A stretch of DNA of 56,075 nucleotides, the filler included, from Platydemus manokwari (Eukaryota), in NCBI GenBank assembly GCA_037951405.1. It is 5 parts of 5 records of this genome, joined end to end, with 100 filler letters (N's around TTAATTAATTAA, not from the genome) between each part and the next. Parts side by side here need not be neighbours in the genome. Positions count along the whole stretch, not along the records: positions 42,766 to 56,075 come from JBBMOY011763617.1; 4 more parts are not named here. One strand, 5' to 3'. Both the position numbers and the translations under genes were made by a program. Position 1 is the stretch's first letter. Each line of letters begins with the position of its first letter. This document shows, piece by piece, positions 49,701-56,075 of the stretch. The notes under the pieces were generated by a model that saw only the letters and a program-made list of their open reading frames with translations, was not told the DNA's origin and made no database searches.

Positions 49701-52256
49701 AAATTTTGATTCATAAATACTCTTGTTATAAAATATATAAGGTTAGAAAATTATGTTCAAAATATTAATTAAAACCAAATTTTTGAATTCGTAGTTATCG
49801 AAGCTTTTCGTATGATTAACAAGCTCATAACGACTATTTTCAATAATTTCTAGACAAGTTCTAATAAATTTCCGAGAAGAAACATAGATGAAAATCATTT
49901 GCATCATTTATTATCAGTCCAAAACAAAATAATCAAAATTTAAAATAACAAAAATAAATCCCCAGAATAAATTGAAATAAATGAAAAAAAGTCATTATTG
50001 AATTTCAAGTCGGTCATTTTAAATAATGTTTTCCCGGCTTATTTAGATGGAATCATCGTTTGATTTCATCAGTTCGAATTTCGAAAATGTTATACGATAA
50101 AGCTGTGTGCTGTATTTACACATTTTATTTACATTCTTTGCATTCTTTAATTTCGTCCCAAACGATAAGAAAACAAATCGTAATGCTGATCAACATTGGA
50201 ATATTCTGTTTAATTTTAGCAGCATATTAGATTTCTAATTAAATTCCTATGATATACTTGGTTTTTTTCTTTATTTATAATTTATTGTTTTCAGATGTTG
50301 TTTACTGATAATCATGGGTCTTGGATTCTTCATCTATTGCTGTCGAACAATATTTTTCTAACAACCATAAAATAATTTATCAATTATTGATTAATTTGAT
50401 AATATCAATTCGGAATAATTACTAGATAATGGATTTATTATACATTTTCTTATATGAAAATGAATGGTGAAATATTTTCGAAATAAGAGTAGTGATTTTC
50501 TAAAGTAAAAATACATTCAATGATTTAACGTTAATTTTTTTTTGAAAGATCTTATCAAATACTTTTAACCAATGTAAAATTATATTTATAATAATATACA
50601 CAAAAGATAAACACACATACAGCCAAAATAAGGCTTGCCTGTAGAACACAGGAAAAATCAAAATTGTTTCTTAATAGGCAGCTTTTTCCTCAATTGGTGG
50701 ACTGATCTACATTTCTCGTAGTCTTCTTCTATCAGTTAGAATGTCTTTTAATTAATATTTATAAAATCCGTGTTATTATTAGATCAGTGTTTGTCATGTT
50801 AACAATATGTTTTGTGTGATGTTTGTGTATGTGGTGCAATTTAGAAGATTTACTACTAATAAATAATGAACAAAAGTAATTTTGAAAAACCATATTTATT
50901 CCTGAGAGATTTTAGATAGTATTCAAGCCCTGATTAATACAGAACGAAGAATTGTTGAATAAAAATTGTTGAAGAATACGTTTTTATCTAGTTGTTATTG
51001 TATGCTCTTCAGTTGATTATTTTAATCTTTTTGTTTTTATTACGTATATATTTTTCAAAATGAAATATAATATTAAATATTAAGCCCAGTCCGATAATGC
51101 ATGAACATATTTTTTCTTTCATAGACATTTATTAGAAAATATCAGATAATATCGAAACTAAATACAAATAAATTTATCGATAAGGTTACAACTCATTAAA
51201 ACAAGTATAATATATTTTTCCTTTTCTTTTATATCCAAGGTAATGTTTTGATAAATTGAAAACTCAAATAAAACATGGATTTATTGAAACATGTTATCGT
51301 TGTTTTGTTTTATTGATTTGAAAATACAGCGCAAAATACAATTTGAAAATAAATATTTAAAATAAGACATTTAAATGGATGAAATGAGGAGATTCTTTTC
51401 GAGATAAATTTCCCAAAGATTCCTATTGATTTCTTATTTTAATCATGAATTCAGGGTAGGGAAATGTAATTGCAAAAAAAGAAAATACAGTGCAGGAGAA
51501 AAGAGAAAAAAATAGCAAGTGGATAAAAGAAAGAGCTGATATTGCAATGTGCAGAAAACAAGAGAAATTTCGATTTATAGAGAAAATATTTATCAGTTGT
51601 TTTAATAATTTATTTTTATCTCACTCAGATCATCATTGTAAGATCAACGGTTAACAAATCGATTTGTCTTTATTTCAATTTAATTTTTGAAGAAACATGA
51701 TTGATCGGAAATCAAATCATAAATATTTTGTGAATATTTATTGAATGGCAAATCTTCCAATACAACAATCACAAGATCTTCAATAGAATATAATAAATAT
51801 GCATTATAATAAATATAATAAGTCAATAAATTATGGTGATCAAACAAAAATTATCATTTCATTTACTAAGTTTCATCGGTATTTTTAATTTTATTTTTTA
51901 TATTAAAAAAAAATCATTTTCATTGCTTTTATTAATTTCGAATTTTATGTAACATTTATTGTCAACATGTGGTATTCGTAATAAATCAAAAATTAATTAT
52001 CGACACATTGCTGGTAGGTTGGTGAGATACATCAAGCAAACAATATAAAGTTTAAGGTTAAATTTTATAATAAGGACGCCAATTAGGAATTTGAAAAATG
52101 CCGGGAAATTAAATTTCTAATCTAAATTTAAATATGATTGTTTTTGTAAAGTTTTATCAGATTTAAAATTATTTTTAAACATAATTTTAAATATCTTTTC
52201 TAAAAGTAGCGCTGTGCTCTGTTAAATTAAACTTATCTATTTTATGCTTTTATATG

Positions 52257-52954
52257 TGTGAGGATATCAAATTGAATTTATATTGAATTTAGTTTGATAT
52301 TAAATTTATTTGATATTAGATTTAGTTGATATTAAATTTAATTTGATATTAAATATTATTTTTTTTGTTTAAATAATTTTCTTTGAATAGAATTGAATGT
52401 CAAGCCTTTTCAGTTCGTTTTCGATGCGTTTTTTATAAAATAGTAGCGGCTTACATGGCGACCACGCATCTGTATTCGATTCTGAGAAGATTAATGACCA
52501 TAAATTCAGGAAAAGAAGTAGAAAGATGTGATACTATATAGAGAATACGTAAAGAATATAAAAAATGTAAATTAGATATAAAGAAGATATAAAGAAGATA
52601 TAAAAAAGATATAGAGAAGATATAGAGAAGATATAGAAAAGATATAGAAAAGATATAGAAAAGATATAGAAAAGATATAGAGAAGATGTAGTGAAGCCAT
52701 AAAAGATAGAAGAATAAGAGAGCTTTGCATAGATGAATATTACGAATATTCGATACAATGTCAATCGAGAATACAATGAAAATCAAAGATTTTAAAAAGG
52801 GGGATGTGAGGATATCAAATTGAATATATATTAAATTTAGTTTGATATTAAATATTATTTATTTTGTTTAAATAATGGTCTTTGAATAGAATTGAATGTC
52901 AAGTCTTTTCAATTCGTTTTCGATGCGTTTTTTATAAAATAGTAGCGCCTTGCA
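52257..52954 (+). mobile_element. TRIM (miniature non-autonomous LTR retrotransposon), 698 bp
   Basis: 5' LTR 52257-52455 (TGTGAGG...CTTACA) and 3' LTR 52805-52954 (TGTGAGG...CTTGCA). PBS TGGCGACCACG at 52456, PPT AAAAAGGGGGA at 52794-52804, and a perfect 5-bp TSD ATATG at 52252-52256 and 52955-52959. The 349-bp interior is non-coding and contains 11-bp tandem repeats. Confidence 0.92.
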
Positions 52955-53186
52955 ATATGTAAACATATTCTTTTTAAAATATATTTTCTATTGAATTGCA
53001 TTTATAAATTCTTGAAAATGATGGTTTTTATTATTGGAAACATTTTGATCACTAATTTCAGTATGTTGTGCCAATTTATCCCAATTTTAATTTTCATAAA
53101 ATGAAACTTTTTATTTTAATTTATAAACACTGTCGAATAATAAATATTTCCACAGAAAAAATTAACTATTTATTTATTATTCACAG

Positions 53187-54753
53187 AAACCCACAAACAT
53201 CTGTCAAACATTGAAATTAAAATGGCTCAGAAACTTCCAACAAAGACAATTAATAAGGCCGCTGAAACTGGAACAACTTATTTTGAAATATGTGGAAACA
53301 CTGGAACCGTTTCTCAAGATACTTATAATGCTGTTGTTGATTGTAAAACAGAAATCAAAGCACGTTGGATTGTTTTGAGGAAAAATAGTTCATTAAATAT
53401 GTGCCATATAAATATTTTGCAAAATGCTGGTATTGTATTATTATGTTAATTTTTATGCATATATTTTTAGCAGATCTATGGATTTTAAATGATAAATTTT
53501 GTACTTATATATACACGATGATTATCCGTTATTCTCGTTCGCTATTGTTACATAATATTGATAGATACACGTAATCAATATAAGAATTATTTGGTCATAT
53601 GTTTCAAAATTTCTGCTGAAATATTGGAAAAAATGATATGAATGTATAAATTTTACAATTATATAAATGTTGTTGCGAAAAGAGCTGTTTATTCCAATTA
53701 CAAATAATCTATGTATATACCTACTAATAAAAAAATCATTGACAACTTGTTTTGGATATACAGTAATTTCCATCCAAAAACAATGGATAAACATAGTCAC
53801 CGTCGTCAGATAAGTGATATTGATGTAAGTAAAGTGACCAGCGCTTTGAATTAATCCAGTGATACAATTATAAAATAGTAGATTTGTTATTCTATCCTAT
53901 ATTGACGAGAAGAAAGATCAATGAAACCGGTCTATTAATAGATTATTTCTGAGAAACCATGGAAACCTATGAAATATATTTAGTAATAATAAGTAAATTT
54001 AATAGGCGAATATATAAATTATGTTATTTTAAAGTAAAATATAGCAGACCTAATCTTAATGACAAATAATATATTATCGATTTTTTCGTGCAGTTTTATA
54101 TTAATGACTATATTTGAATTTTATGTAATTTTTTCACCTTATTTTTAAAAATAAAAGTTAAAAATCGATATTGATATTTTGAATGTAGATAAATTTTAAT
54201 TTTTATAAAAAGGCTCTTAATACACTCAAAAGAATCAACTCGATTAAAACAAAAACCGAGAAATGAATTGAAATTATTTTTATTCGACTTCTTTTTTTAT
54301 CCGTTACGTAGCCCTGGGAAATTTAATATTCAATAATGATTCATTTTTGTTTTAATATATTTCTCGATAGAAAATTTCAACAACTTCACGAATTTACATT
54401 TCTAGTTTATGTTATTTTATATTTTTATTTTTAAGATTTTTTTATCTAGCTTATTATTCATTTTTTTCTATTAATTCCTTCACTACGTGACAAATTGATT
54501 CAATAATCTGATTTAATAATTATTTATTATAACATTTTCAGTTCAACCACAATGCTTTTACCGTTTATCCCAGAAAGACAGTCTTTATTCCAATATCAGT
54601 TCGAATTTAGAAGTTTTCAAATCGATGCGACATTCAACATGGCTAGAATGTTTTCAGAACTGTTATCTCGAATCGAAATGTGAAGGCGTTGCATTTGTTC
54701 CGATTTCACAATATACAAGTTTATGCCAGCTTCTTCGTGTTAAATCTTCACCC
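53187..54753 (+). CDS. Internal exons of an F-type lectin (fucolectin/F5-8C-like) + PAN/apple domain protein, partial
   Basis: Exon 53187-53429 (HLSNIEIKM...EICGNTG...VDCKTEIKARWIVLRKNSSLNMCHINI) resembles the C-terminal half of the F-type lectin fold (L..FEI...C...C....GRYV.I...L.LCEV.V). A phase-1 intron leads to exon 54542-54753 (TWLECFQNCYLESKCEGVAF...CQLL), a PAN/apple C-x3-C-x5-C pattern. The start and end were not found. Confidence 0.6.
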
Positions 54754-56075
54754 GTTAGTTTATTCTGTGACCATATCTGCCAGTTATCGATAAATATCTG
54801 CCATTTGGGTAATTTGTTTGACATTGTATTATTTAATATTCTCATTTATGATTCCAAATAATTATTTTCACCCCGCGTTTCATCACGGTTGTATTGATTT
54901 AAATTATAATAGGAATAAATGTAATAAAATTTTATTCATTTTATTAAGATTCTAATAATCAAAAATTTATATAAAATCTAAGTTTTAATATGTTAGAGAA
55001 TTTAAAATTGAAAAGATTGATGTTAGATTAGAGTTATTTCTATTTTGATTTGGTTCTAAGTTTTCATTATAACTCAGGCTCTCCGACTCTGATTTGAATC
55101 GTGACAATAATTCGATAATATACTTTCTTTAAATGTGTTATCTGAACTGACCCCATATTTTCAAATCAATTGATTTTCTGCCTTTTAAATGATATTAGTG
55201 AAAATTTATAAACCCATAAGAATATTTCTCGTTTATGTTCTTTGTTGGCATAATTAGTTTTTTTAATTTATCGACCGCTAAATACATTTTATTACATGAA
55301 TTATGACCAAGTACCACAGTCAAACAATTAGATTTGGAGAACTTTATTCGAATTTTCTGTTTATTAAAAGAATAGTTATGATCGGGGTTAATAATAACGA
55401 GTTTGTTATTAAACGCTGTCTTCTTTTGTTGAACATGTTCTTTGATCTCCATTATTCAACGGCGGAAATGGTAAACTAAACGGGATTTGATTTACTATTT
55501 CAGTGAGGTAAATCAATAGATTAATGTTGAGTTACCTTCCTGATAATTCAAAACCGAAATTAATTTCGTTTTAATGAAATATTGGCGAGTATTAACAATG
55601 TGAAACACTTCATACAAATTATCGGTAACATTCCGTTGGATTAATAATTTATACTGACATTAAAATAATCGTAATAAATTTATCCATCATTTCCACTATT
55701 TGTGACTACCGGTTGAAAATATCGTATGTTACTCGTTAAATACTCAGAAACCCATCGACGAGTGACTATATTAAAAATTATTGCTACAAACGATAATTGT
55801 TTAGATGTCATTGATGTCAGAATTAGGTAAAGTATATGAGGACTTTAATGTCCTAAATATTAAAGCAAACCAGGCGATCATTATACCGCCTAAATAGATT
55901 ATTCGATGCTCGACAAGCTAACCCTTATAATCTCTGTAGTGAATTTATTTTGGGTGAGAAGGTCATAAATTATTTCTAAAACTTAATTAATAATTTTGAC
56001 TAAATAAAAATTGACATCATTTAAACAAGAAAAATTTTGTTTAAACTAATTTATTATTTCAGATTATACCTTATG

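Noticed and set aside
52451-52786. Hydrophobic minus-strand ORFs (YIFSISFLYL repeats) resembling membrane proteins
   Set aside because: Antisense translation of the 11-bp tandem repeat inside the TRIM.
55195-55452. 85-aa minus-strand ORF; also the 48411-48647 ORF and a TM-like exon near 50296-50362
   Set aside because: No recognisable motif, and no consistent splice chain could be built.

Overview
Very AT-rich eukaryotic DNA with short (about 44-55 nt) GT-AG introns and (AAT)n microsatellites. It is most consistent with a flatworm, probably a triclad planarian; this is an inference from composition, intron size and the flatworm-type Ly6 cysteine spacing. The window is five contigs joined by identical artificial 100-nt linkers (44 N + TTAATTAATTAA + 44 N), so adjacency across linkers is unproven. 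Contig 1 holds the 3' two-thirds of a Misshapen/MAP4K4/MINK kinase gene (- strand). Contig 2 holds a head-to-head pair of genes for multi-domain Ly6/uPAR (three-finger) proteins with one exon per domain, a decayed third copy and retroelement gag remnants. Contig 3 has a LINE-RT remnant, a palindromic RFX X-box and a two-exon CABIT-domain (Themis/GAREM/Serrano-like) adaptor gene. Contig 4 has a Tigger-like end, a GNRA-hairpin island, a 21-bp minisatellite, a second X-box and an intronless divergent G-protein beta gene. Contig 5 has an EEPD1-like gene with an eroded nuclease domain, two copies of a miniature non-coding LTR retrotransposon (TRIM: LTRs, PBS, PPT, 5-bp TSDs) and exons of an F-type lectin + PAN/apple protein. 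The best novelty candidates are the poly-Ly6 gene cluster and the TRIM family. All exon structures were read by eye.
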